DNA of 26,529 nt, taken from the IMG/VR virus record IMGVR_UViG_3300043436_003321, positions 1-26,529 of that record. One strand, written 5' to 3'. How positions within the stretch are numbered: position 1 is the stretch's first letter; every line of letters begins with the position of its first letter. The notes beneath the pieces were generated by a model. The model was not told the DNA's origin and searched no databases. It worked only from the letters and a program-made list of their open reading frames with translations. The DNA is from a virus (taxonomy: Duplodnaviria; Heunggongvirae; Uroviricota; Caudoviricetes). A program made the translations under genes and the position numbers. Positions 7,852 to 18,033 of the stretch are shown here, piece by piece.

Positions 7852-9462
7852 TCAGAAAGTGATCCAGTTTTGCTGCACAGTATCAATTATATCCGGCTCA
7901 TCATGGCCAGTATTTAAAAATCCTAGAGGAAGCATGTCTGCCTCCATATCTTCTTCAGTCTTTTCTCGCAATTTGGCAAGAGTATTTATGTCTGTCATTT
8001 CTCTGAAATATTTTTGATCTGATAGCCATGCAAAAAGAACCAGACACATTACCATATCATCATGTGTACCAGATTCAGCCTCGTAACTTCCACCCTTACG
8101 AGAAAATGTTGACAACTCATTAATGGTATGATAATCATTAAGAATAAGTTGATCTTGTTCTACAAGTAGTTTCAAAACACTACAGCCAATGGCTTTTACA
8201 GATTTTGTAGTTCTGACACCTATCTCGGATGTCTTACCGCCACTCGAGATAATCTTACCGGATCTGCCATTATTTTGTGTGAAAAGAATGTTTTCATATT
8301 CGTAATCATATTGTAAAGCTTCAGCCACCTGTTGGCCAATATCATTAATTTCAACTAGAATAGCGGCTTCATTATAAGCTTTGACTATTCGGAAGATAAG
8401 TTCTGCATAGTCAAGAGGTGTTATAAAGTTATTACGATATGATAAAACCTGACGATACGGCATTTGCGTTACATCAATTATCTGAAATGCAGAATAGTCA
8501 AGTCCACGACCTCGTGAAACGTCGACAACGCAACTGTATACATGGCCGACTTTGGGTTCTTCATATACGCTAATATCGTTTGTCGAACTTATCGGTTCTT
8601 TGATTACAAGCGCTTTAAGTTTAGAACCAGTGATAAGAGTACCAGACGAACCTTGGAATTCACATTCAAATTCCTGAGCAAACTTCTGTAGGTCAAAATC
8701 CATACCAGATAGAGTTTCTTGTCTCCATTTCTCATCTCGGCCAGGTACTTTATACCAAGGAACCTCAATATAACCATAGCCGTTTGCCCCAGTTTTGGCA
8801 CCTTCACATGTCTTATAGAAATGATTTAAGCCATTCGGAGTTGACGTAAAGAGAATCTTGGTTGTTTTACCTGATGAAATTGTCGGGAACACAGAGGCGA
8901 AGAATTCGTCCCAGCCTTCAACGAATGCCGTTTCGTCGATGTACAAGAACGAAATAGATTGACCACGAATAGCAGATCCTGATGTTGCCGCCGCAATAAT
9001 TCTGGATCCATTTTCAAATTCAACCGAACCTTTGTTCCATTCAATGACGCCTTGTTGCAACCATTTTGGTAATGCTTCAAATGCAGTCTGAATACGAGAA
9101 AGGATTTCACGAGCCGCATCACCTTTGTTAGCCAATAGTGCAATTGTCTTATAGTCATTAAACATTGCATAATGTAGAATTACCACAACGGCGGTGGTAG
9201 TTTTACCGGCCTGACGTGATGTATTGACTGCTACTCGACGACCATCAGTAATCTCTCTAATGATATCTTTCTGATATTCATACAATTCAATTGGAATAAG
9301 TCCGTGGTCGACGTGTACAATCTGAATATACTTTTCGGCAAAATAGATTGGATCGTTTGCACATTTTAAGTATTCTTGAAGAAGCTCTGCTGTCCATTCA
9401 ATGGCAACATTCTTCTTCTTTAAATTGGAATTACCACGAAAGCCATCTTCAATCTGATTCAT
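7852..9462 (-). CDS. gp17: Terminase large subunit
   Basis: 536 aa; Walker A SRQAGKTT, Walker B LYIDETAF, motif III TSTPNG, nuclease DVSRG.G.DYSA and HDD.VM; no intein or intron apparent. Confidence 0.98.
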   Translation of the reverse strand: MNQIEDGFRGNSNLKKKNVAIEWTAELLQEYLKCANDPIYFAEKYIQIVHVDHGLIPIELYEYQKDIIREITDGRRVAVNTSRQAGKTTTAVVVILHYAMFNDYKTIALLANKGDAAREILSRIQTAFEALPKWLQQGVIEWNKGSVEFENGSRIIAAATSGSAIRGQSISFLYIDETAFVEGWDEFFASVFPTISSGKTTKILFTSTPNGLNHFYKTCEGAKTGANGYGYIEVPWYKVPGRDEKWRQETLSGMDFDLQKFAQEFECEFQGSSGTLITGSKLKALVIKEPISSTNDISVYEEPKVGHVYSCVVDVSRGRGLDYSAFQIIDVTQMPYRQVLSYRNNFITPLDYAELIFRIVKAYNEAAILVEINDIGQQVAEALQYDYEYENILFTQNNGRSGKIISSGGKTSEIGVRTTKSVKAIGCSVLKLLVEQDQLILNDYHTINELSTFSRKGGSYEAESGTHDDMVMCLVLFAWLSDQKYFREMTDINTLAKLREKTEEDMEADMLPLGFLNTGHDEPDIIDTVQQNWITF

Positions 9463-9868
9463 TACGCATACTCTTTAACATTTTTTGAAGTTCGGCCGGA
9501 GTGCCCACAAAGAGATTGTTATTGGTTACATTATTTTTTGCTTCTTCTTTAGGCTTTTCGTCCTCTTGCTTCCGTCTGGAAAGTTCTACCAATTCCTTAT
9601 TCGCATCAATAAGCGTTTTCATTGTGGCGGCTAAAACTTCATAAGCTCGAGGGTGTTGTGATTGTGTGGCAACATCTAGTAAATCTTGAAGTGCCTGGTG
9701 ACCAGTACTGATAACTTCTATAAAGTTGTCTCTGGCATATTTGTAATCTCTGTCAGCATCTGACGTATCGACTTTTGCTAACGGCTTATTGGTGGTTTCA
9801 ATAATTTCAGCATCAATAACATCTTTTAAAGGTGCTAACCCTAAATGTTTAGCAATATCATCATCCAT
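9449..9868 (-). CDS. gp16: Terminase small subunit
   Basis: 139 aa; DY.YAR.N, HPRAYEV and NNNLFVG..AELQKML motifs; overlaps the gp17 start. Confidence 0.93.
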   Translation of the reverse strand: MDDDIAKHLGLAPLKDVIDAEIIETTNKPLAKVDTSDADRDYKYARDNFIEVISTGHQALQDLLDVATQSQHPRAYEVLAATMKTLIDANKELVELSRRKQEDEKPKEEAKNNVTNNNLFVGTPAELQKMLKSMRNESD

Positions 9869-10671
9869 TATTCAACATAATCCTCTATTTGTGTAATATA
9901 CGCCCAATCATCATCAAAGTTAATATTGGCATATGGAACGGTTTGACTGATATCAGTTGTTGGTGAACCATTTGCAGTCAGACCTGGCTGAACCGTAATT
10001 GTTTCGAGACCAGTATTGGCGGTTATATCGCCATATATATCTATTTCAACAAATTTAATTACCTTCTTTTGTGTCACTGGACCAAAATAATAACCTTTTA
10101 AGGTAAAGTTTAAAGTCCAAATAAGAGTACGACGAGTGAGATAATCAGAATCATACGTATCTTCAGTGCTAATACTTTCTAAGATAATAGGTATATCAAA
10201 GTATTCGTTTAATGTATCGACTAGTTTCACAGTAGGCGTAAAGTCCGGTCTGAAGAATGGAACGATTTGCTCCAGAATCTTGGTGCCATCTTCTTGATAT
10301 TTAGTCATAATGTTAAGTTGGAATGCTAGATTATATGGCGTAGGTGTAAATATGCTATTAAAATTGGCGTCGTTGGTTGTATTTGCCTTTGATATTCTTT
10401 TAGGTGAGGTTAAGTTACGCTCACCATCATATGTCATACCAGTAATCTCAAATGTAATTCTAGGTAAAGTAATAGCAGGAGCAGTAAGATCTGGATCCTG
10501 CTCAATACGAGATAGAAACTTTTGCATGGGACCATAGTTAACAGGAACTGTCATGGTCTGAATAGTATTAGCAGATAAGTCCTTTCGGGTAATCTTAATA
10601 GTATTAAAGAGTGTACCGAAAACCGCTACATATCTTCTTGTCGTCTCGTTGTAAAATGTATGCCCAAACAT
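9868..10671 (-). CDS. gp15: Tail terminator / sheath stabiliser
   Basis: 267 aa; FGTLFN, VP..YGP.QKF, LPR..FE, P.PYN..F.L, QILEQI.PFF.P and WTL.F..KGY.FGP motifs. Confidence 0.95.
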   Translation of the reverse strand: MFGHTFYNETTRRYVAVFGTLFNTIKITRKDLSANTIQTMTVPVNYGPMQKFLSRIEQDPDLTAPAITLPRITFEITGMTYDGERNLTSPKRISKANTTNDANFNSIFTPTPYNLAFQLNIMTKYQEDGTKILEQIVPFFRPDFTPTVKLVDTLNEYFDIPIILESISTEDTYDSDYLTRRTLIWTLNFTLKGYYFGPVTQKKVIKFVEIDIYGDITANTGLETITVQPGLTANGSPTTDISQTVPYANINFDDDWAYITQIEDYVE

Positions 10672-11330
10672 TAGTAATTACTTTCCCCGAACGGATTTGC
10701 TTCAGTGAAGTCAATAATGCTATCCGCAATTGTTTCGATTGTAAAGTTATCCGCAAGAAGATCAACTGATTCGACATTGGCGATTGCAGAGTTAGTCGTA
10801 AGTATATATCTATTAAAGAGTGTATCAATTTCAAGCACGCCAGTATTAAATCGTTCCTGTGAGTACTCAAAGAGTTCACAACGAAGATCATAGGTCTGCA
10901 ATGACCCCATCTGATAAAAGATTGCTTCATGTTCTACATGTTGAACTTCAAAAATCTTATTATTCAATGGGAAGTAAATAAGATCGCCTTCGTTTGGTCG
11001 AACCTCTTCATTATATAAACCAACTTCTGAATTAAACTTTCGCATGGCAATCGTAAAGGTAATAGAGTCACGAATTTGCAGGCCAAATTTAGATAGAAAA
11101 TCACCATCGCCTTCAAAGCCTTCAACATTCTTAATGTACATTTCCACCATATATGCGGCATCAAATGTTGATAGATCATCTTCGTTAAGTAATTCATCCT
11201 TTGCACCAAGAGTCCTTGGAATATACCAAACATCGTGACCGTATATGCGGATACTTTCAATAATCAGATCTTCAATAAGATTCTGTTCGCCAGAATTTGT
11301 AAAGTTATTGAAGTAAAAATTTGTGGCCAT
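10671..11330 (-). CDS. gp14: Neck protein (head completion)
   Basis: 219 aa; EQNLIEDLIIESI...G.D..Y.PR, SKFGL.IRD, RP.EGDLIYFP, FE...VEHE..FYQ.G and Y.L.CELFEYS motifs. Confidence 0.95.
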   Translation of the reverse strand: MATNFYFNNFTNSGEQNLIEDLIIESIRIYGHDVWYIPRTLGAKDELLNEDDLSTFDAAYMVEMYIKNVEGFEGDGDFLSKFGLQIRDSITFTIAMRKFNSEVGLYNEEVRPNEGDLIYFPLNNKIFEVQHVEHEAIFYQMGSLQTYDLRCELFEYSQERFNTGVLEIDTLFNRYILTTNSAIANVESVDLLADNFTIETIADSIIDFTEANPFGESNY

Positions 11331-11333
11331 AGT

Positions 11334-12077
11334 TTATCCAATCAGATCATGGACGGGAAGCGAATATGAACTGATCATTTCATCCTCAAGTTTCTTAATC
11401 TCTTCAGCGGCGTCCTCAAGAATTTTTTCGCCGTTAAATCTTACACCACCCGGAAGTTGCATATCAGAGAACTTAGTTAAGTTTGATCCCCACTGATATT
11501 TGATTTTGGCCGCCGCATAAGTCTGAAGCCACCGATCTTTCCATACATCAGCATAGGTTTCTGGGTTGACAATCTGATAAGCTTCAACAATAATGTAATC
11601 ATTAACGTCCAGTCGAGTCCAATTTGTATCAATATGAAGTTTATTGACATGTCGATTATAGCGAATTGGCTGTTGACCGACTAACATCTGCTGCATAAAT
11701 TGGATATGTTCGAATGTCATGTAGTAGTGTAACGATTCAAAGTTAGCCAATTCATAGAGATTATTTAAAACAAATTGGTACTCAACGTTGAACATACCCG
11801 AACCAGTCGAAAGGCTTGTCGACAATGGGAAGATATTTACAACGCCAATAATATTTTCTGGTATTGTGATATACCCATTCGCCTTATCTTGAGATGTCAC
11901 TTGATATTTGTAGTATGTCTTTTCAGTACCGTCAAAGTGATAATCCCAATAATAAGAAAGAGCTTCATCTACCCGATCGTCTACTTGATCTGGATCGACG
12001 TTGATTTCAATAACAGGTTTACCCAACTTACGTAGGCACCATTCTTTAAATTCTGTTCTTGTCGTTGGTTGTGCCAT
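11334..12077 (-). CDS. gp13: Neck protein (head-tail adaptor)
   Basis: 247 aa; LRKLG.PVIEINV..DQ..DR..EAL and K.QWG.NL.KF..MQLPGGV..NG motifs. Confidence 0.95.
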   Translation of the reverse strand: MAQPTTRTEFKEWCLRKLGKPVIEINVDPDQVDDRVDEALSYYWDYHFDGTEKTYYKYQVTSQDKANGYITIPENIIGVVNIFPLSTSLSTGSGMFNVEYQFVLNNLYELANFESLHYYMTFEHIQFMQQMLVGQQPIRYNRHVNKLHIDTNWTRLDVNDYIIVEAYQIVNPETYADVWKDRWLQTYAAAKIKYQWGSNLTKFSDMQLPGGVRFNGEKILEDAAEEIKKLEDEMISSYSLPVHDLIG

Positions 12078-12078
12078 G

Positions 12079-15000
12079 TTATCTCTCCATCAACTTTTTG
12101 ACTAAAGCTTTAAGTTCTTCAATGTCTGATTTCATAGTATTTATGGTTTCATTTTGGTCCTTAATAGCTTCGATGAGAACACCTACTATGTTGCCATATG
12201 CAACAGACTTATATTCTCCATCCAATACAACTTCCGGAAGAACTTCTTCCATCTCCTGAGCAATAACACCAACACCGGCAATACCATTTTTATTAAAATA
12301 GACACCACGCATATTTTGAACTAATACTAGAGCATCCTCAATCGTACGAATATTAGTTTTAACTCTAATATCAGATGTTGATGTAATATCGCCAGCAGCA
12401 GTAAAGGCTCCTGTGCTTGGGTTAAAAGTAAGTTTTGTTGACGATACGTTTTCAGCAGATATTGACCCAGATGTTGCAGACGTAAAGGTTAGATATCGTG
12501 TTGCGTTAGTCGTAGTATCGTCTGATATAGTGATACCACTCGTTACGGTAGCCCATGATCTATCACCGCGAAGATATGTTGAGGTATTGGCAGTACCAGA
12601 ACCTAGAACAGCAGAGGTCACTATCTCAGTTTGTACGTTTGCAAGTGTTTTTGGTCTGATCGCACCATCACTTGCTGTTTCCACAAAGTAATGTGATGCT
12701 GCAGTAGCAGTATCCGCAGCGCTTGTTGTAATAGTATTTGCAGAGAAGTTGCCACTTGCATCACGAGCCACTATCGCAGATGCAGTAGCTAGATTTGTAG
12801 CGGTTGTAGCTGCGTTGGATACTTTACCTGCAGTCGAAATAGTTGCTAGATAAGTATCAGTAATAGCAGTTGCGTTCCAAGTACCAACTGTTACGGTACC
12901 AAGTGTTGTTGCACCGGCTGCGTTAACAGCAGCTGTTGTTACGAGTTCGGTTCTTGTATTAGCCAGTGTTTTTGGCAATATGTTTCCGCTAGCAGTCTCT
13001 ACATAATAGTGAGTCGCTGTAGTAGCGGTATCTGCTAGACCTGCAATCGTAATATTAGGAGAACTGATAGTAGTTGTGCCGGCAACACTTGAACCAATGT
13101 TGATATTAGTAGTAGACCCAGCAGCACCATCGGTGCCTAAGTTAACGGTTTTTGTAGTAGCGGTAGCTGTAGCACCAGTCGAAATGTTAGTGGTACTCGC
13201 CGCTGTGCCGTCATATCCTAGATTCAGGGTGGTAGTGGCACCGAACGCGTTCACAGTTGTGGCGGTTGTATCAAATAGACCCATGGTTGCACTAGCTGCA
13301 ACAATACTTGTGGTGAAAGATGGACTTGTACCAAATACAAGAGCACCAGACCCAGTCTCGTCTGAGATGACCCCCGCGAGTTGCGCACTAGTCGTTGCAG
13401 CAAATTGACTTAGGTTCCCAGTTGTAGCAAGAGTACCAGTTGTTGGTAATGTGACGTTAGTAGCAGCAGTTTGTGTTAATGTAAGTGCAAAGTTACCTGA
13501 TGTTGTGACTGAGTTAGCAGTGGTGATGTTACCGCCGAGAGTGATAGTAGAACCTGCAGCTAGCGTTCCAACAGTCAAGTTACCGGTGGTGAGTGTAAGT
13601 GTGCGCCCACCATTATTAACACCGGTTCCGCCGAATGTGCTTGAAATGACTGAGCCATTCCATGTACCAGAAGTAACAGTATTAGTAATAGCAACGTTTG
13701 CTACAAAACTAGCATTACCAGCTGAACTGATCTCAAACGCACTCGCAGAACCAATTGTTCCTCGTCGAATGAAGAACGCATTGGCGTCTTGGCCAATAAA
13801 CGTATTGCCAACACTTGTTTCTTCGAGTTGGATAATAGGCGCAACTGCATCGACAATATGAATATCGTAAGCAGGAGCCGTAGTACCAAAACCAACTCTG
13901 TTATTAACGGAATCAACGAATAATGTATCAGTGTCAAACGCGGTGTTGCCCGAGATAATTGGTGCGGTCAGCGTCTTATTTGTAAGTGTCTGTGATCCTG
14001 TTAGTGTTGCAACAGTTGAGTCAATCGCAATCGTAACACCAGCAGAACCATTGTATGATGTACCAGAAAGTCCTGTGCCAATCGTTAGTGTGTTAAGGTT
14101 GTTACCCAGTGACACGCCTGAGATCGTTGACGCCGCGAGTTTAGTGATTGCGATTGCTGCCGTTGGACTAATGTCAGCGTTAACGATAGTATCATTCGCG
14201 ATCATCGTCGATGTAACAGTGCCGGTGTCAGCAGATGATACGAGTGTTCCACTTGTTGGAAAAGTTACAGATGTTGCTGCTGTTGTAGTGAGTGCAAGTG
14301 CAAAGTTACCAGAAGTGGTAAACGTGTTTGCGGTAGTTACGTTACCGCCGAGAGTAATTGTGCGGCCAGTGTTGTTTACACCTGTGCCGCCGTATTGACC
14401 AGCAATAACACCAGCATTCCAGGTTCCAGTAGTAACCGTTCCAAGAGTAATGAGTGACGCAGAACCAGCAAGAGGCGACGCGTAAGTATTAAAGTTACTT
14501 GCCGTAAGAGCAACGCTGCCGCCAATCGTCAAAGCACCGGTGCTAACCAGATTCAATACACCACGAGCATTGCCGACGTTTGTTGCTCCTAAGTTATGTT
14601 CGACATAAAATTGAATTGCACTACTTGCGCTGGTGTTTAAACTTTCGAATAGTCTAAAACTATCACTGCCAGCAAGATTTAATTTGCCCGTCATCGTATC
14701 GCCGGCTTTTAACACGTTACTCGAAGCAGCACCAGTCAATGCAGCAGTAATTGTCCCAGCACTAAAATTGCCTGATGCATCACGTGCTACAATAGCGTTA
14801 GCAGTGTTTAAGTTAGTAGCGGTAGTAGCGGAATTGGATACCTTACCGGCAGTCGAAATAGTTGCTAGTTTTGTATCAGCAATTGCAGCGCTGGAGTTGA
14901 TATCAGCATTAACAATTGAGTCTGCGGTGATTACTGCTGATATTGTGATATTAGCACTTCCATTGAACGAAGTGGCAGTTCCTGTAACATCACCACTGAT

Positions 15001-17985
15001 AGCTATAGTTCTTGCCGTAGTAAGAGTCGCAGCACTGCCAGTAGTATTCTGGTTACCGGCGGTATTAACTCCAGGAAGATCTATATTAGCTGAACCATTA
15101 AAAGACACACCGCCAATAGTTCTTGCGGTCGTTAAGGTCGCCGCACTGCCAGTAGTATTCTGGTCACCAGTTGTGTTAACCCCCGGTAAGTTAATATTAG
15201 CCGAACCATCAAAGGAAACACCACCGATTGTTCTTGCCGTTTGTAGCGTAGTAGCAGTTGAAGCATTACCACTGAGAGCTGCGTAAACTGTATTCGCCTG
15301 CACGTCTGCATATTGGAATGTAGCATTTGCCGTATCAATTGTCTGGCCTGGTTCTGGAACATAACCTTTAAAGAATTTCCAACGACCATCGGTTGCATCT
15401 CTGAATACACCAGTATGGGCATATGTGCCGTCATTATAATTACCGACAATACCAATATCTGGGTTAGTGATGGTACTGTTTGCATTGAGAAAGATAAGGT
15501 TATCTTCAATCGCGAGTTCAGTTGCGCTAACAGTAGTTGATGTTCCATTAACTGTAAGGTTGCCCGAAAGAACCATATTACGGAATTCAACATCTGATGT
15601 AGTTGAAACAGCCTGACCAATTGCTACAGTTGGTGACCAACCTTCGCCTACAGTACCAGATATAGTAACACCCGTACCTCCGGTCAATCCAGCAACATAG
15701 TCACCAGTTGTATCAGTGCCTAGGGCGACTGAGTTAGATTGTATAGTTGCAGTAATTGTTACGTTAGCCGAACCGTCAAATGTTGCAGAACCTGAAAGAT
15801 CGCCTGAAAGAGCAATAGTTCTTGCGGTGGTTAATGTAGCTGCACTTCCGGTCGTATTCTGGTTACCTGTAGCATTTACACCTGGCAAGTTAATGTTAGC
15901 CGAACCATCAAATGAAACACCGCCAATAGTCCTAGAAGTTTGTAATGTGGTTGCTGTAGTTGCATTACCAATAAGAGCGGCAGTAATTGTATTAGCGGCA
16001 AAATTACCTGATGCATCTCGAGCCACGATTGCGCTGGCGGTAGCGGCATTATTTGCAGTGGTTGCCGAATTGGATACTTTACCAGCAGTTGAAATTGTAG
16101 CAAGTTTAGTGTCAGCAATTGCAGCAGCTGAACTGATGTCAGCATTAACAATGGTATTTGCAGTAATGCCGGCTGAGATAGTAATATCAGCACTACCGTT
16201 AAACGACGTAGCTGTACCAGTTACATCTCCGCTAATCGCAATTGTTCTTGCCGTTTGTAGCGTAGTAGCAGTACTTGCGTTGATTGACCATGACCCGGAA
16301 GCATTTGTGCCATCAGTCCACGCAACGTCTTTAAATGTGGCAAAAGCGGTATTTGCACCAAAACCATGTTGCCATACTCTTAATCCGAGAGCATCTTTGC
16401 GTAGCGATAGAAGGTTATCATTGCCACCAGTCCCATCAGTATATGTTCTGAATACAATGTTATCACTATATGGTGATGTGTTATTGTTGTTCCAAGAACC
16501 AAATGCAAAAGTTGCATACGCAGTACTAAAATCAATCGGGACTATGATTCTATCGTCTAACGCCCTGACTCTCGGTATTGTGATATTAGCAGAGCCATTA
16601 AAGGAAGCTTCGTTGATGTTACGTGCGGTTTGTAATGTAGTAGCAGTAGTCGCATTACCTGACAGCGCTGCGGTAATAGTATTGGCACTAAAGTTACTCG
16701 ATGCGTCACGAGCAACGATTGCACTTGCTGTGGCTAAATTTGTTGCTGTTGTAGCTGAGTTTAGTACCTTACCTGCGCTGGAAATAGTTGCTAGCTTTGT
16801 ATCAGCAATTGCAGCACTAGAGTTGATGTCAGCGTTGACAATAGAATCAGCCGTGATCGCCGCAGAGATCGTGATATCAGCACTACCGTTAAACGACGTA
16901 GCTGTACCAGTTACATCGCCGCTGATGGCTATTGTTCTCGCGCTCTGAAGAGTCGTTGCGGTAGATGCGTTACCAGTAAGAGCAGCAGTAATTGTATTAG
17001 CGGCAAAGTTACTAGAACTATCGCGAATCACTACTTTTGAAGCGGTTGCTGCAGAAGCAGTATCACTTGCAAGAATGATAGCACTACCGCCATATGTAAG
17101 CGACCCAGTACCGGTTCTACCTAGTGCCGTATTGCTACTATTACCAAATACAAGATAGCCCTGCGTAGCATCTTGTTGTCCCGTGATTCGAATAGTATTA
17201 GCTAGGTTAATATCACCAATCCAAGCGTCATCACCAACTTGGAAATTTGTACCAGCGCCGTTATTTGTTGAACTTACCTGGTTAGCAGTGATATTACCAC
17301 TGAACGTTTTTGCACCACCAATTGTCTGTGCTTCGGCGGTTATTACACCAGCAGCAGTAGAGTTTGCGGCAAGAATAACACCATCAGATCCAGTATCTGA
17401 TAAGACAGTTACCGTAGAACCGTTGGCCGAGGTGCTTATATTAGTGACCGAACCTGACAGTAGGTTAGTTCCAACCGTTGATGCGGCTGTGGTAAGATCA
17501 ATATATACCCCACGATTTGTACCACTAGTTTCAAATATTCTAAGACGATTTTGGAAGATATCAATTGCAATTGCACCTGATAGGGTAGTATTCGCGGTTG
17601 GAGAAGCTAATTGAATCTCTCCTCCTTCTTGAGTTCCACCGGCGCCGCTACTATTATTAAAAAGAATATCGCCAGTAAATGTCTTGGCGCCGCCGATTGT
17701 CTGTGTTCCAGCGGTTAATACACCTGCGATTGTGCTATTGGCGGCTAATATATTAATATCGCTGCCAGTATCTGACGTTACAGTCACCGCAGTACTGTTT
17801 GCACTATAACCAAGATTCGTAGTACCGAGACTTAAATCGACTATACTTTCGGTGCCGTTCACATTCTTCTTAGTGAAGAGTTTGCCGTCGTATGTATTGA
17901 TGGCAAATTCGCCAAGTTCTAAATCTGTAGTAATAGGTACTTTGCCCTGTACCGAACTTCTTTTTACCTTAATAATTGTTGACAT
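12079..17985 (-). CDS. Long tail fibre / receptor-binding protein (distal type) with C-terminal intramolecular chaperone
   Basis: 1968 aa, Ala/Thr/Gly/Ser-rich. N-terminus IKVKRS...P...LELGEFAINTYDGKLFTK resembles the T4 gp37-type N-terminal domain. Eight AR(T/N)I...F(N/D)GSA(N/D) shaft repeats. C-terminal S74 domain. Confidence 0.88.
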   Translation of the reverse strand: MSTIIKVKRSSVQGKVPITTDLELGEFAINTYDGKLFTKKNVNGTESIVDLSLGTTNLGYSANSTAVTVTSDTGSDINILAANSTIAGVLTAGTQTIGGAKTFTGDILFNNSSGAGGTQEGGEIQLASPTANTTLSGAIAIDIFQNRLRIFETSGTNRGVYIDLTTAASTVGTNLLSGSVTNISTSANGSTVTVLSDTGSDGVILAANSTAAGVITAEAQTIGGAKTFSGNITANQVSSTNNGAGTNFQVGDDAWIGDINLANTIRITGQQDATQGYLVFGNSSNTALGRTGTGSLTYGGSAIILASDTASAATASKVVIRDSSSNFAANTITAALTGNASTATTLQSARTIAISGDVTGTATSFNGSADITISAAITADSIVNADINSSAAIADTKLATISSAGKVLNSATTATNLATASAIVARDASSNFSANTITAALSGNATTATTLQTARNINEASFNGSANITIPRVRALDDRIIVPIDFSTAYATFAFGSWNNNNTSPYSDNIVFRTYTDGTGGNDNLLSLRKDALGLRVWQHGFGANTAFATFKDVAWTDGTNASGSWSINASTATTLQTARTIAISGDVTGTATSFNGSADITISAGITANTIVNADISSAAAIADTKLATISTAGKVSNSATTANNAATASAIVARDASGNFAANTITAALIGNATTATTLQTSRTIGGVSFDGSANINLPGVNATGNQNTTGSAATLTTARTIALSGDLSGSATFDGSANVTITATIQSNSVALGTDTTGDYVAGLTGGTGVTISGTVGEGWSPTVAIGQAVSTTSDVEFRNMVLSGNLTVNGTSTTVSATELAIEDNLIFLNANSTITNPDIGIVGNYNDGTYAHTGVFRDATDGRWKFFKGYVPEPGQTIDTANATFQYADVQANTVYAALSGNASTATTLQTARTIGGVSFDGSANINLPGVNTTGDQNTTGSAATLTTARTIGGVSFNGSANIDLPGVNTAGNQNTTGSAATLTTARTIAISGDVTGTATSFNGSANITISAVITADSIVNADINSSAAIADTKLATISTAGKVSNSATTATNLNTANAIVARDASGNFSAGTITAALTGAASSNVLKAGDTMTGKLNLAGSDSFRLFESLNTSASSAIQFYVEHNLGATNVGNARGVLNLVSTGALTIGGSVALTASNFNTYASPLAGSASLITLGTVTTGTWNAGVIAGQYGGTGVNNTGRTITLGGNVTTANTFTTSGNFALALTTTAATSVTFPTSGTLVSSADTGTVTSTMIANDTIVNADISPTAAIAITKLAASTISGVSLGNNLNTLTIGTGLSGTSYNGSAGVTIAIDSTVATLTGSQTLTNKTLTAPIISGNTAFDTDTLFVDSVNNRVGFGTTAPAYDIHIVDAVAPIIQLEETSVGNTFIGQDANAFFIRRGTIGSASAFEISSAGNASFVANVAITNTVTSGTWNGSVISSTFGGTGVNNGGRTLTLTTGNLTVGTLAAGSTITLGGNITTANSVTTSGNFALTLTQTAATNVTLPTTGTLATTGNLSQFAATTSAQLAGVISDETGSGALVFGTSPSFTTSIVAASATMGLFDTTATTVNAFGATTTLNLGYDGTAASTTNISTGATATATTKTVNLGTDGAAGSTTNINIGSSVAGTTTISSPNITIAGLADTATTATHYYVETASGNILPKTLANTRTELVTTAAVNAAGATTLGTVTVGTWNATAITDTYLATISTAGKVSNAATTATNLATASAIVARDASGNFSANTITTSAADTATAASHYFVETASDGAIRPKTLANVQTEIVTSAVLGSGTANTSTYLRGDRSWATVTSGITISDDTTTNATRYLTFTSATSGSISAENVSSTKLTFNPSTGAFTAAGDITSTSDIRVKTNIRTIEDALVLVQNMRGVYFNKNGIAGVGVIAQEMEEVLPEVVLDGEYKSVAYGNIVGVLIEAIKDQNETINTMKSDIEELKALVKKLMER
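12082..12375 (-). other. Peptidase S74 intramolecular chaperone domain (autocleavage expected at TS-DIRVKTNI, Ser about aa 1871)
   Basis: SD.R.K.NI..I..AL..V...RGV.F, G.IAQE.E.VLPEVV, Y...VG.LIEAIK followed by a coiled coil. Confidence 0.88.
15851..15894. repeat. 44-nt exact repeat shared between the two fibre genes (partner at 20303-20346)
   Basis: gtcgtattctggttacctgtagcatttacacctggcaagttaat occurs at both positions, inside a longer highly similar block. Confidence 0.9.
16184..16227. repeat. 44-nt exact direct repeat within the 1968-aa fibre gene (partner at 16874-16917, spacing 690 nt)
   Basis: atatcagcactaccgttaaacgacgtagctgtaccagttacatc occurs at both positions. Confidence 0.9.
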
Positions 17986-18033
17986 ATGTCCTCATCCGTG
18001 TATAATGGCTATATAGCCTATGAGATTATTGTA

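Noticed and set aside
3768-9868. Introns, inteins or homing endonucleases in gp17, gp18 or gp20, and stop-codon reassignment
   Set aside because: These ORFs are uninterrupted and of ordinary length, no HNH, GIY-YIG or LAGLIDADG motif was seen, and TAA, TAG and TGA all occur as normal gene ends.
464-11260. Short plus-strand and alternative-frame ORFs overlapping gp22, gp21, gp20, gp18, gp17, gp15 and gp14
   Set aside because: Fully nested in well-supported conserved genes, with no independent expression signals.
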